Shown here piece by piece: positions 53,239 to 64,000 of a stretch of DNA of 64,000 nt. The stretch's first letter is position 1; every line of letters starts with the position of its first letter. The notes under the pieces were generated by a model, which searched no databases, was not told the origin of the DNA, and saw only the letters and a program-made list of their open reading frames with translations. The stretch is from Octopus bimaculoides (taxonomy: Eukaryota): contig NC_069009.1 in NCBI RefSeq assembly GCF_001194135.2, forward strand, positions 3,544,879 to 3,608,878. Reading direction: 5' to 3'. The position numbers were made by a program, and so were the translations under genes.

Positions 53239-53240
53239 CA

Positions 53241-53370
53241 TACGAAGGTGAGTCAAAAAGTAATGCCATTTTGTTTAAGACAGGTATAATTACCAACACA
53301 GAAAGATGTATCATACATCAAAATGAAGCTGGTCCTCTGTGGATCACGTCCCTACACCTATATATACATA
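53241..53370 (+). mobile_element. Mariner-like terminal fragment
   Basis: TACGAAGGTGAGTCAAAAAGTAATGCC resembles mariner TIR starts after TA. No partner end seen. Confidence 0.5.
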
Positions 53371-55019
53371 CATGAACCAAACTACATCCCATGCACTATG
53401 CTTGTCTCTACACCCCTACTCCTGCAGCTCAATGTCGCTTAGTCATCTCCGCCCCCTGACAACTGTATCATTGCTATTCTGCCATTCCCCTTGTTCACCC
53501 CTAACTGCATTTTCTTTTTCCTTCCCTCCCCCCAGTTGCACTCTTGTGAACTCCTTGCTCACTCACCATCAAATCCTCTATATCCCTCCATTTGCATTCA
53601 TCCCCTTGTACCCGGCACATCTCCCGTCTCTTGCTCCAACTGGGGTAACCATGTCTCTACAAAAAGACACCTGTTTCTGTCCCCCCCCCCTCTACAATAG
53701 CGTAACCCTTTTGTTACTAGGTTTCTATTAACATATGCTGCCTTTGCTTCAATTTATTTTTAGAATAATGAAGAATTTAGTAAAATAACTTTCAAATTAT
53801 TAAGCGGAGTCTTGAACATATTAGCATAAAATTCATCACCATCATCATCATAACCATCATCACTATTGTTGTCATCATCATCATGACCATCATCACTATT
53901 GTTGTCATCATCATCATGACTATCATCACCATTGTTGTCATCATCATGACCATATCACCGTTGTCGTCATCATGACCATTAGCACCGTTGTCGTCGTCAT
54001 AATGACTATCATCATCACCATTACCATCATCACTTGTCATTGTCATCTTGACCACCGTCATCATTATCACCATCGTCATCATCATCACCATCGTCGTTGT
54101 CGTCATCGTGCCACTCAGTGGGACTGAACCCAGAACTTCTTCCCATACAGCCATGCCTGCGCCATCATCATTTAGCATCCATAGTCCATGCTGGCATGGA
54201 CTGGATGGTTCGACAGGAGCTGCCCAGGCTCCATTTGTCTGCTTGGGCATGGCTTCTACAGCTTGATGCCCTTCCTAATGCCAACCACTCTACAGAGTGT
54301 CCTGGGTGCTTCAGTGTGACACCAACATGGGCACTTTAACATATGGCACAGACATGGACACTTGTATGCGTGGCACTAAGATGGGCGTTTTTAGGTGTGG
54401 CACCAAGACAGGCACTTTTATGTGGAATCAGCATGGACACTTTTACATAGCACCGTCACAGGGGCTTTTCTGTGGCATGAACACCCATCGAGCCTGCAAG
54501 ACTAGGATTTCTTGGCTGAGGGAGCGGTGTAGAGGACACGCTTGTATGCATGAATGCTTGTGCCTTGAACTAGACTACCCATGACCCATTACAGTCACCC
54601 CTCGTATCTGGCACATCTCCCCTCTCTTTTTATCTAACTGGGGTAACCATATATCTACAAAAAGACACCTGTTTCTGTCCCCTCTACAATAGCGTAACCC
54701 TTTTGTTACTAGGTTTTTTTTTTAACATGTATTGTCTTTGTTTCAATTTATTTTTAGAATAATGAAGAATTTATTAAAATAACTTACCCAGAAAAATACC
54801 ACGTATCTCAGGAACCCATGGTCTGATTTACGTGAAACTCATTTTATTCTGTTTGTATTCACATTTCAATGATACCTTACTCTNNNNNNNNNNTTATGTG
54901 CCAGTTTGGCTATTCATAAAGATACCCAAAAAAAACTGCATATCTCGGGAACCCATGGTCTGATTTACGTGAAACTCATTTTATTCTGTTTGTATTCACA
55001 TTTCAATGATACCTTACTC

Positions 55020-55230
55020 TTTTACTTGTTTCAGTCACTTGATTGTGGCCATGCTGGAGCACCACCTTTTAGTCAAGCAAATCGACCCCAGGACTTATTC
55101 TTTGGAAGCCTAGTACTTATTCTATCGGTTTCTTTTGCCGAACCGCTAAGTTACAGGGACGTAAACACACCAGCATCGGTTGTCAAGCGATGCTGGGGGA
55201 CAAACACAGACACAAACACACACATACACA
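55020..55230 (-). mobile_element. SINE family A, 3' half
   Basis: Reverse complement of the family A tail; its microsatellite runs into a gap. Confidence 0.9.
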
Positions 55231-55985
55231 CACACACACANNNNNNNNNNNNNNNNNNNNNNNNNNNNNNNNNNNNNNNNNNNNNNNNNNNNNNNNNNNN
55301 NNNNNNNNNNNNNNNNNNNNNNNNNNNNNNNNNNNNNNNNNNNNNNNNNNNNNNNNNNNNNNNNNNNNNNNNNNNNNNNNNNNNNNNNNNNNNNNNNNNN
55401 NNNNNNNNNNNNNNNNNNNNNNNNNNNNNNNNNNNNNNNNNNNNNNNNNNNNNNNNNNNNNNNNNNNNNNNNNNNNNNNNNNNNNNNNNNNNNNNNNNNN
55501 NNNNNNNNNNNNNNNNNNNNNNNNNNNNNNNNNNNNNNNNNNNNNNNNNNNNNNNNNNNNNNNNNNNNNNNNNNNNNNNNNNNNNNNNNNNNNNNNNNNN
55601 NNNNNNNNNNNNNNNNNNNNNNNNNNNNNNNNNNNNNNNNNNNNNNNNNNNNNNNNNNNNNNNNNNNNNNNNNNNNNNNNNNNNNNNNNNNNNNNNNNNN
55701 NNNNNNNNNNNNNNNNNNNNNNNNNNNNNNNNNNNNNNNNNNNNNNNNNNNNNNNNNNNNNNNNNNNNNNNNNNNNNNNNNNNNNNNNNNNNNNNNNNNN
55801 NNNNNNNNNNNNNNNNNNNNNNNNNNNNNNNNNNNNNNNNNNNNNNNNNNNNNNNNNNNNNNNNNNNNNNNNNNNNNNNNNNNNNNNNNNNNNNNNNNNN
55901 NNNNNNNNNNNNNNNNNNNNNNNNNNNNNNNNNNNNNNNNNNNNNNNNNNNNNNNNNNNNNNNNNNNNNNNNNNNNNNNNNNNNN

Positions 55986-56059
<74 letters not shown>

Positions 56060-56099
56060 TGATTTATTTATTTATTAAGTAAAAGGAGGTAGGTCAGAA

Positions 56100-56206
56100 T
56101 TTTGGATAATCATTCATTAGCACTTTCATCTCATTCGTTTCCCAGACTCATCTGATGATTCTCAGAAACGAACGAGATGAAAGCGCTAATAAATAATAAT
56201 CCAAAA
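56100..56206. other. Near-perfect 107-bp hairpin
   Basis: Arms 56100-56141 and 56165-56206, with a partly palindromic centre (tcatctgatga). Confidence 0.7.
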
Positions 56207-57279
56207 CTCAGACTACCTTTTTCTTAATATATAAAATCTGTCCATCACTTCAAACAATCTACACACACACAGAGCTTGTGTGTGTGTTTGTGTTCAGATC
56301 TGAAAGAGCGCTCAAATGCACACGGCAACACCCTTCTCTCACTCCCTCTCTCGCACACACACACAATCAACATTAAAAGTTTACTCACGTGTGTTCGTCC
56401 AACCGTGACGACAGGAAGAGGAAGAACAACAACAACAACAACAAAAAAAAAAAGAGGAAACGGAAAATAAAAGAAAAAAACACAAAAGGCAACCGTCCCT
56501 TCCACACCAACCCACACCCTCCAAAACCAAAGTGGTTGGTAACCATTTCATAGCCGGCCACCACATCATTATCAAACACCGCTTCAACCAGAAAGCTAAA
56601 CCCCTGCACCCACACCAAGGACTCGGCCCCCTCCCCAGACACCTCATCGCACCACTGTGCACTCTCACTAAGCAATTTCATCCAATTAGCTCATTACGTT
56701 TTCATAATATTAATTAATGCCAAGTGTAGTGGTGGTGGTAGTGGTGGCATGGAGAGAGAGAGGGTGATGATGGTGGCAAAGGCTATTTAGTACACTCACA
56801 TCAATGTGAGTGTGAGCGAGTCTCCTGCCCCTCCACTTCCACTGCCTTCCTCTTCTGCTTCTCCTCCTCTTCTTTAATCTGATCTAACAGGTACGTGTTG
56901 CTAATTCACAAGCCGGATTGGCCTCATGTCTGCTATTTATTTCCACTCATCATCCTCATCATCATCATCATCAAAGGCACCCTTATCCTCAAATAACAGT
57001 CACCATCATCATCATCATCATCATCATTGTTGCTATTGTTAAAAGTACTTATCGGCATGAAAGAACACCAAAATCATTGTCAAAAATGTCATCACCACCA
57101 CCACCACCACCATCAAAAACATCGTTGCCGTCACCATCAAATACGTCATCATCATCACCACCGTCAAATGCACCATCATCACTGTCATAAACATTGTCAT
57201 CACCATCAAATGCAACATCATCATCACCCTCATCACCACTGTCAAATGCACCATCATCATCACTGTCAAAAGCACTGTC

Positions 57280-57500
57280 ATCACCAAATGCACTGTCGTC
57301 AAACACACCATCATTGCCATCAAATGCACCATCACCACCGTCAAATGTACCATCACCACCGTCAAATGCACCATCACCACCGTCAAATGCACCATCACCA
57401 CTGTCAAATGCACCATCACCACTATCAAATGCACCATCACCACCGTCAAATGCACCATCACCACCGTCAAATGCACCATCACCATCACTGTCAAACACAA
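57280..57500. repeat. 21-bp minisatellite (caccgtcaaatgcaccatcac) in a CAT/CAC-rich region
   Basis: About 7 near-identical units; an inverted relative lies at 59060-59210. Confidence 0.85.
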
Positions 57501-57803
57501 TCATCATCATCATCATCACCAGTCAAAAGCACCATCATCATCATCACCACCACCAATACGAAAAACATAGCTATAATATACAGTACAGAAAGTTAGCTGA
57601 CAATGCACTCCCACAGGGATTGAACTTCTAACCATATTGTTCCAAAGGAAACTTCTCACTCACACAACCATACCTGCAAATCCAACATCTACTTTTACAG
57701 TTCTCTTGAGGTTAAGCCATGACTATAATCCTTTACTTCAGTTCTGTATTTTGTTCGCAAGGTTTTTTATGAGAATTCATGTTGAAACAAGACTTGTTGT
57801 CTT

Positions 57804-57960
57804 GGGAGGATCATTATACCAACCATAACACAAGCACTGATTCAATATCACTTCTTTATTGTTAGTCATTTGATTAAATAATTGGATATTAAACAAACTA
57901 ACAATAAAGAAGTGATTTTGAAACCAGTGCTTGTGCTATTGTTGGTATAATGACCGTCCC
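57804..57960. mobile_element. 157-bp inverted repeat, MITE-like
   Basis: 63-64-bp arms GGGAGGATCATTATACCAAC... / ...GTTGGTATAATGACCGTCCC, 30-nt spacer, no clear TSD. Confidence 0.65.
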
Positions 57961-58624
57961 AAAGCATAAAAAATAACATTTATATGATAGGGAAACAAAA
58001 TGGAATATAGTTTAGATTTGTCTGCTTACCTTAGGAAACAGCAAAAATCCAATATCTTAGAAAAAGAGTTAACAGTTGTAAAGACTGTTTCACATCCAGG
58101 AGTATCAACACTTCCCAAATTTGGTCTCCCACAGTAACAGGAAGTAATCTGGAATAAAGAATAATTGGGATAAAATAATGGTTTGAAACATCTTCAACAT
58201 CATCAGTACAACACCCCCACCACTGTGATGATAACCACCACCACTACCATCATCATCACTCGCATGACAAACACCCCCACCCCCAACCGCTATTGAACCA
58301 AGATTTCTAATGCCACCATTATATCCAACATCATTATCACCACAACCACTGCCATAACCAAGACCACTGCCATCACAACCACCACCACCACCACCACCAC
58401 CACCACAATCTTTCACCATCACCATCATCACTATTACAACTACCATCACCGCCACTGTCACCACCACCACCACCACCCAAACACGACCATCAACACCGCA
58501 CATCCCACCACCACCACCATCATCATCTTCAACCATAGATCTTGCGCAATCAGGACTGACCTTGGGTTAAACAACTCCAGCACCTCATCCTACATGTGAA
58601 TGGATAACAGAGACATTGCATTAC

Positions 58625-59001
58625 TCAAATATGGAAAATCTCGCCTCTTACAATATAGAAACATTTCTCAAGACCCCCAGCAGGCAGAATGGGAAAAGCA
58701 TTGCCCTGGATGGTAGCAAGGGAGGTGCACTGGAACAGCCACTGACTTAAGGGGCTTGCACTTGCAGACAGCAATCTCTGCCCCAGTAATGGTGACCAGG
58801 GATATAGTCCAGGTGGGGGACCAAGACTGCTGGAGATCTCCACTGCCATGGACTCAATCGACCCCGATACCTTGACAGATTTTCTCCTCAGCTTGATGAG
58901 CAGCAGAGCCTGGGCTGGTAGCTGAAGAAGGTAGCTCAGTATGTGATATCCCAAAGGGGCCTACCATCATGAAACAGGAAACTTGTCATACAGTCCAGCC
59001 T
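58625..59001 (-). pseudogene. Decayed restriction-like endonuclease domain of a CRE/R2-type non-LTR retrotransposon
   Basis: RLDCMTSFLFHDGRPLWDIT, frameshift, ...KLRRKSVKVSGSIESMAVEISSSLGP...LGQRL...QWLFQCTSLATIQGNAFPIL. Parallels the RPDG-x-WDxT, KxxKY, AVETxG-xGP and FQRxSxAxQRGNA motifs in the correct order. Confidence 0.7.
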
Positions 59002-59274
59002 TCTAACATCCCCTCGTCACAAGCAGGATTTGCCTCAGGTCTGCTATTTATTTTCACAGTGATTGTGTATTTGACAGTGATGATGGTGCATTTGACGGTG
59101 GTGATGATGAATGTGTCTGATGGTGGTAGTGATGTTTGACGGTAGTGATGTTTGACGGTGGTGATGTTTGACGGTGGTGATGGTGTGTTTGATGACAGTG
59201 CATTTGACGTGTGGTCCTGCAGGCTCATACAATATACACACCCATATACCACACATTACACACACCCACATACC

Positions 59275-59495
59275 CTATTTCTTATTTCTTTATTGTCCAC
59301 AAGGGGGTAAACATAGAGGGGACAAACAAGGACAGACAAATGGATTAAGTCGATTACATCGACCCCAGTGCGTAACTGGTACTGAATTTATCAACCCCGA
59401 AAGGATGAAAGGCAAAGTCGACCTCAGCGGAATTTGAACTCAGAACATAATGGCAAACGAAATACCGCTAAGCATCTCGCGTGCTAACATTTCTG
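59275..59495 (-). mobile_element. SINE family B
   Basis: Reverse complement of 5833-6053. Confidence 0.85.
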
Positions 59496-59719
59496 CCAGC
59501 TCACCGTCTTGATATACCTTATTTCTACCCCAACTCCACCCCATTCCAATGTTTTTTTCTTTCTTCTCCTAAGCTTTCTTCCTGCTTCATATGGATTTAT
59601 TCATGGTTGGTTGGTTGGTTTTGTGACTGACATGTTGCCTATACATGGCCACAAGAGCTGACTAAGTCCTGCCTACTGCAAACCATTCAACCATAAAGTA
59701 CAACAGTGACAAATTTTGT

Positions 59720-60410
59720 ACTTGTTTAACCCTGGGCCAGTCAAGATCCAGTCAACCTATATTCAAACATGTTCCAGCTGTGACCTTTCTTTTAGTCAGT
59801 CATAGTCTATCTAGGACTATATCATGAAATGTATACAGTAGTAGTTACTATGAGTGATTATAGATGTTGTCGTTTAACCCCAGGTCAGTCCTGATCCGGC
59901 AGGCCTATGATCAAAGACGTTCCAGCAGTAACTGTCCCATCTTTTATTGGGACATAGTGTATCTAAGACTACATTATCTAATGTACAGTATAGTAATTAG
60001 TATTAATGGCTGCAGTTGTTGTGGCTTAGCCCTGGATCAGTCCAGACGTATGATCGAAAATGCTCCAGCTGGGACCTTTTTATCTTCTAGTATATCTAGG
60101 CCTATATTAACTAATGTAGAGTAGTTACTATAAGTGGTTGTAGTTGCTGCTGCTGTTTAGCCCCAGGTCAGCTCTGATCCAGCAGACCTATGATCTAAGA
60201 TGTTGCAGCCATAATCTTCTCATCTTTTATTCAGATATAGTGTATCTAGGACTACATGATCTAATGTATAGTATAGCAGTTAGTATTAGTGGCTATAGTA
60301 ATCATTGTTTAGCCCCAGGTCAGTCCTGATCCAACAGACCTATGATCAGAGATGTCCAGCTGTGACCTTCCCATCTGATATTAGACATAGTGTATCTAGA
60401 ACTACATCAT
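59720..60410 (-). repeat. Tandem array (about 5 x 145-150 bp) of the family D 3' end
   Basis: Recurrent gtttaaccccaggtcag..ctgatc..gacctatgatc...tatctaggactaca units. Also at 31350-31610, 33490, 58545 and 61245. Confidence 0.75.
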
Positions 60411-60424
60411 CGAAGGCATTTAAG

Positions 60425-60695
60425 AGAGTCTGTTTCTGGAGTGAAATGAAGTGTTTTACTCAAGAACACAATGTGTGGCCTGGTCCAGGAATTGAAACCA
60501 CAATCTTACAATCATGAGTCCAACACCCTAACCACTAAGCCATGCACCTTCACATCTAGGCATTTAAGAGTCTGTTTCTGGAGTGAAATGAAGTGTTTTG
60601 CTCAAGAACACAATGTATTGCCTGATCCAGGAATTGAAACCACAATCTTATAATCATCAGTCCAGCACCCTAACCACTAAGCCATGCACTTCCAC
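60425..60695 (-). mobile_element. Two tandem tRNA-like SINE heads (family E)
   Basis: Minus strand gtgaaggtgcatggcttagtggttagggtgttgga...ggtttcaattcctgga, repeated about 147 bp apart. Confidence 0.7.
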
Positions 60696-61305
60696 ACACA
60701 GACATACACATGTGTTTGTGTGCATTTGTCCCCAACACTGTTTGACAGCCAGTGTTGGTTTGTTTGCATTCCCGTAACTTGTTTATCAGCAAGGAGAATC
60801 AACAAAAACAGCACAGAGCTTTAAAAAACAAAATGAAGTTCAAGAACTGAACTGTTCAAATAAAACTCTGTAAGCTGGTGCCCCAGCATGGCCACAGTCT
60901 GATCACTGAACCAAGTATGAAAAGGTACACACACACACACACACACACAAATATTTCAGACAATATCCGGAATAAATGAGTTGGTTGATTGAGATGTAGT
61001 AATTAACACTGAAATAATAGTCAGACAACTGCCCTGCTCACCTCCCACTCGACACTTCTATTCTTGTAGAGATTTAATTAATTAAGAAGATCACTGATGT
61101 GTTTAGCTATTTGGCTCGTTATACTAATTACAAAATTTGCACTACCCACTACCACCACCACCACCATCACCAACAACAATAACAACACTATAAAATAAAG
61201 CAGCGCCAAACATCATAAACAATAACACCATTATCACCACCACCAGGACTGACCCAAGGCCAAACAACAACAACAACTATAGCCACTAATACTAACTACT
61301 GTAGA

Positions 61306-62220
61306 AGGACCCCTTTTGGTCATGAATGACCATAGGATTGCACCTAGAAAGTTCCCCTCCGAGGTACAAGTCTGGGCAAGGTTTGTTTATGGAAGACCAG
61401 CAGTCACTCATGCATACCAGCCTCCCCTCTCCATGCCATTATATGTATGTAGGTTAAAAGGGTAAAGACCCCTTCAGTCACAAATGATCGTAGGATTATA
61501 TGCCATTATATGTACATAGGGTAAAAGGTTAAAGACCCCCCTCCAGTCATGAATGACCATGGGATTGCACCTAGAAAGTTCCTCTCTGAAGCACAAGTCT
61601 GGGCAAGATTTGTTTATGGAAGACCAGCAGTGACCCCTGCATACCAGCCTCCCCTCCATGTCATTATATGGACATAGTGTAAAGGTTAAAGACCCCCTCC
61701 TGTCATGAATGACCATAGGATTGCACCTAGAAAGTTCCCCTCTGAGGCACAAGTCTGGGCAAGATTTGTTTATGGAAGACCAGCAGTGACCCCTGCATAC
61801 CAGCCTCCCCTCCATGCCATTATATGGACATAGTGTAAAGGTTAAAGACCCCCTCCAGTCATGAATGACCATGGGATTGCACCTAGAAAGTTCCTCTCTG
61901 AAGCACAAGTCTGGGCAAGATTTGTTTATGGAAGACCAACAGTGACCCCTGCATACCAGCCTCCCCTCCATGCTATTATATGGACATAGGGTAATGGTTA
62001 AAGACCCCCTCCAGTCATGAATGACCATGGGATTGCACCTAGAAAGTTCCCCTCCAAGGCACAGGTCTGGGAAAGGTCATTTATAGAAGACCAGCAGTCG
62101 CCCAAACATACCGGCCTGCCCTTTCCATGCCATTATATGTACGTAGGGTAAAAGGTTAAAGACCCCTTTCAGTCACGAATGACCATAGGATTGCAACTAG
62201 AAAGTTCCCCTCCGAGGCAC
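61306..62220 (-). repeat. 156-bp tandem array of a putative SINE/LINE 3' end
   Basis: aaagacccc anchors at 61531, 61688, 61844, 62000 and 62158, plus earlier partial units; units nearly identical. Confidence 0.9.
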
Positions 62221-62838
62221 TATGTCTTAATAAAAGTTGGAATGGTCACAATTGGAACACCTATGACCCTATGTCTGCTGGACCACTCAAATTAGCACAT
62301 ACACAATGAGAAATCCTCTATGGAGTTAATGAACATGCTAGAAATAACAGTCAAACGTCCCTCAAATCACACACAACTGTCTTAAAAAACAGAAGGACAA
62401 CTTGTTCAAGACAGTTCCAAATTTCAGATATTAGAATTACACAGGATGGTCATAACTGGAATATTCTTAACCACAACATCACCCAATACACATACACACA
62501 CATATGTACACAAGTGACCACCTCTAAGACAATGCAAGCCACATAAAGAATATAGGGGAGAAAAAAAAGTGTCAATGAGAGAGACAGGAAGACAAATTTC
62601 ATTTATGGGTCAAACTAATTGAAGGTGACCTCATTAGTACTTCCTGTTTAGCATCACTTCCTCTTTGATGATACAGGAGTGGGGAGATGGGAAGGTTTTG
62701 ACAGGGGGGGTATACGCATAACATGCATGGAGTGTGTGTGTGTTTTTGTGTAAGAGAGACATCTACGTCTATAGATGTTCGTGTGAGCATTTTACTGTCA
62801 ATATGCATTTGTGCATTGTGCATTTCTGCAGGTGCATA

Positions 62839-62960
62839 CATGTTGCTGCAGATACATACACATGCATGTTGCTGCAGATACATACACATGCATGTTGCTG
62901 CAGATACATACACATGCATGTTGCTGCAGATACATACACATGCATGTTGCTGCAGATACA
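62839..62960. repeat. 26-bp minisatellite x5 (catgttgctgcagatacatacacatg)
   Basis: Units start at 62839, 62865, 62891, 62917 and 62943. Confidence 0.95.
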
Positions 62961-63931
62961 AGAGCATGCATGTGTTGCTGTGAACATGCGCATGTTGTGT
63001 TAGATATGCACACATGTGCATGTTTTCATAGAAGCAGGCACACTGTATATGCATGCATGTTGCTGCAGTTGCACACGCATGCACATTACTGTAGAAATCG
63101 TGCATGCATGTTGCTTTAGGTAGAACAAATACCAGACCTCACCAAAAAAAAAGTACTGGAAGCAATTTGTTTAAACCCTTCTAGGTGGTGCCCCAGCATG
63201 GCCACAGTCCAGTGGCAAGCAAGTGACAGATAAATGATACATGGACTCTGCAAATCATAGTGCAGGCAAGTTGTCTAAGAGAACAGTAACTCACTAAAAA
63301 CTGACACACAATAGAGAGCTACCCAGTGGAGCAGAATTCAATGATACATGGTTGCAAGCAAACTCAGTCATAAAACCAGGCTAGTCTTTGTGTATATTTA
63401 TCCATCTATCGCCACATACACAGAGAAAACCAAAAGCACTATCTTATGTATATGAAAAATGACGCAGTATTTAAAAAACACACACACACACACACATATG
63501 GTTGGACACACTTATGTATAAACACACACATGCAGACATACACACTCTCACATACTCATCTCGGACAAATCCCAACGCTGGAACATGGGTTCAAAAGAAA
63601 TGGAAGTAGAGTGACGTGTCACTGAAGAGATTGCAACAATGTGATGAAATAAACAATGACAACACTAACAAAACCGAACATTTGAATGGTTAATTGTTTG
63701 ACCAAAGTGTTTAACATATGAGTTTGAAAAACTAGTAAAAAACGGCTGATCAATAAATTGGTTAACGAAGTAACCAACCCATTAACTAAGAATAAAGAAC
63801 CGAACCAGTGCATGTGTTTATTATTACTGGCATAATGCCCCTCCCAAGGTTCAATAGTATTTCTTTCAACACACAAATTCACATCAAGAATCTTGCAAAC
63901 CAAATACAAATATGAACCAAAATATATATAT

Positions 63932-63973
<42 letters not shown>

Positions 63974-64000
63974 TTACACACACACACATATTTACACACA

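Noticed and set aside
58820-58890. Plus-strand LLEISTAMDSIDPDTL resembling an RT motif
   Set aside because: An isolated motif; the opposite strand has four ordered RLE motifs that explain the region better.
61474-62028. 184-aa ORF with 52-aa repeats
   Set aside because: A by-product of the 156-bp array of non-coding repeat tail.
62839-62960. CRISPR-like regular repeats (also 57.3 and 61.5 kb)
   Set aside because: No unique spacers, no cas genes, and a eukaryotic context.
63617-63661. CUGAAGA...GAAAU with possible stems I and II
   Set aside because: Lacks U16.1 and stem III; chance or heavily decayed.

Overview
AT-rich, gap-ridden eukaryotic scaffold made up almost entirely of microsatellites and dispersed repeats. 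The tRNA-derived SINE families, RTE LINE 3' ends and (CA)n/(TA)n/(CAT)n load suggest an octopus or other coleoid cephalopod genome (inference). No intact protein-coding gene, rRNA, true tRNA or CRISPR array is supportable, and nearly all ORFs in the track come from simple repeats or N-gaps. The region may be intronic: a plausible 64-nt minus-strand coding exon lies at 179-242. Decayed coding remnants can be recognised from a mariner transposase (3.6-3.96 kb), RTE reverse-transcriptase C-termini (33.7 and 39.3 kb), a Gypsy-type gag (50.8-51.2 kb) and a CRE/R2-type restriction-like endonuclease (58.6-59.0 kb). The most interesting signal is four minimal type I hammerhead ribozyme motifs from three unrelated sequence families. 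All have the palindromic, nearly loopless stem III typical of Penelope-like elements (one copy has lost the palindrome by a transition). One family joins a tRNA-like Pol III head to a hammerhead and occurs as a head-to-head palindrome (41546-42045), a candidate ribozyme-bearing, Penelope-dependent SINE or retrozyme. SINE family labels A-E are my own working names.
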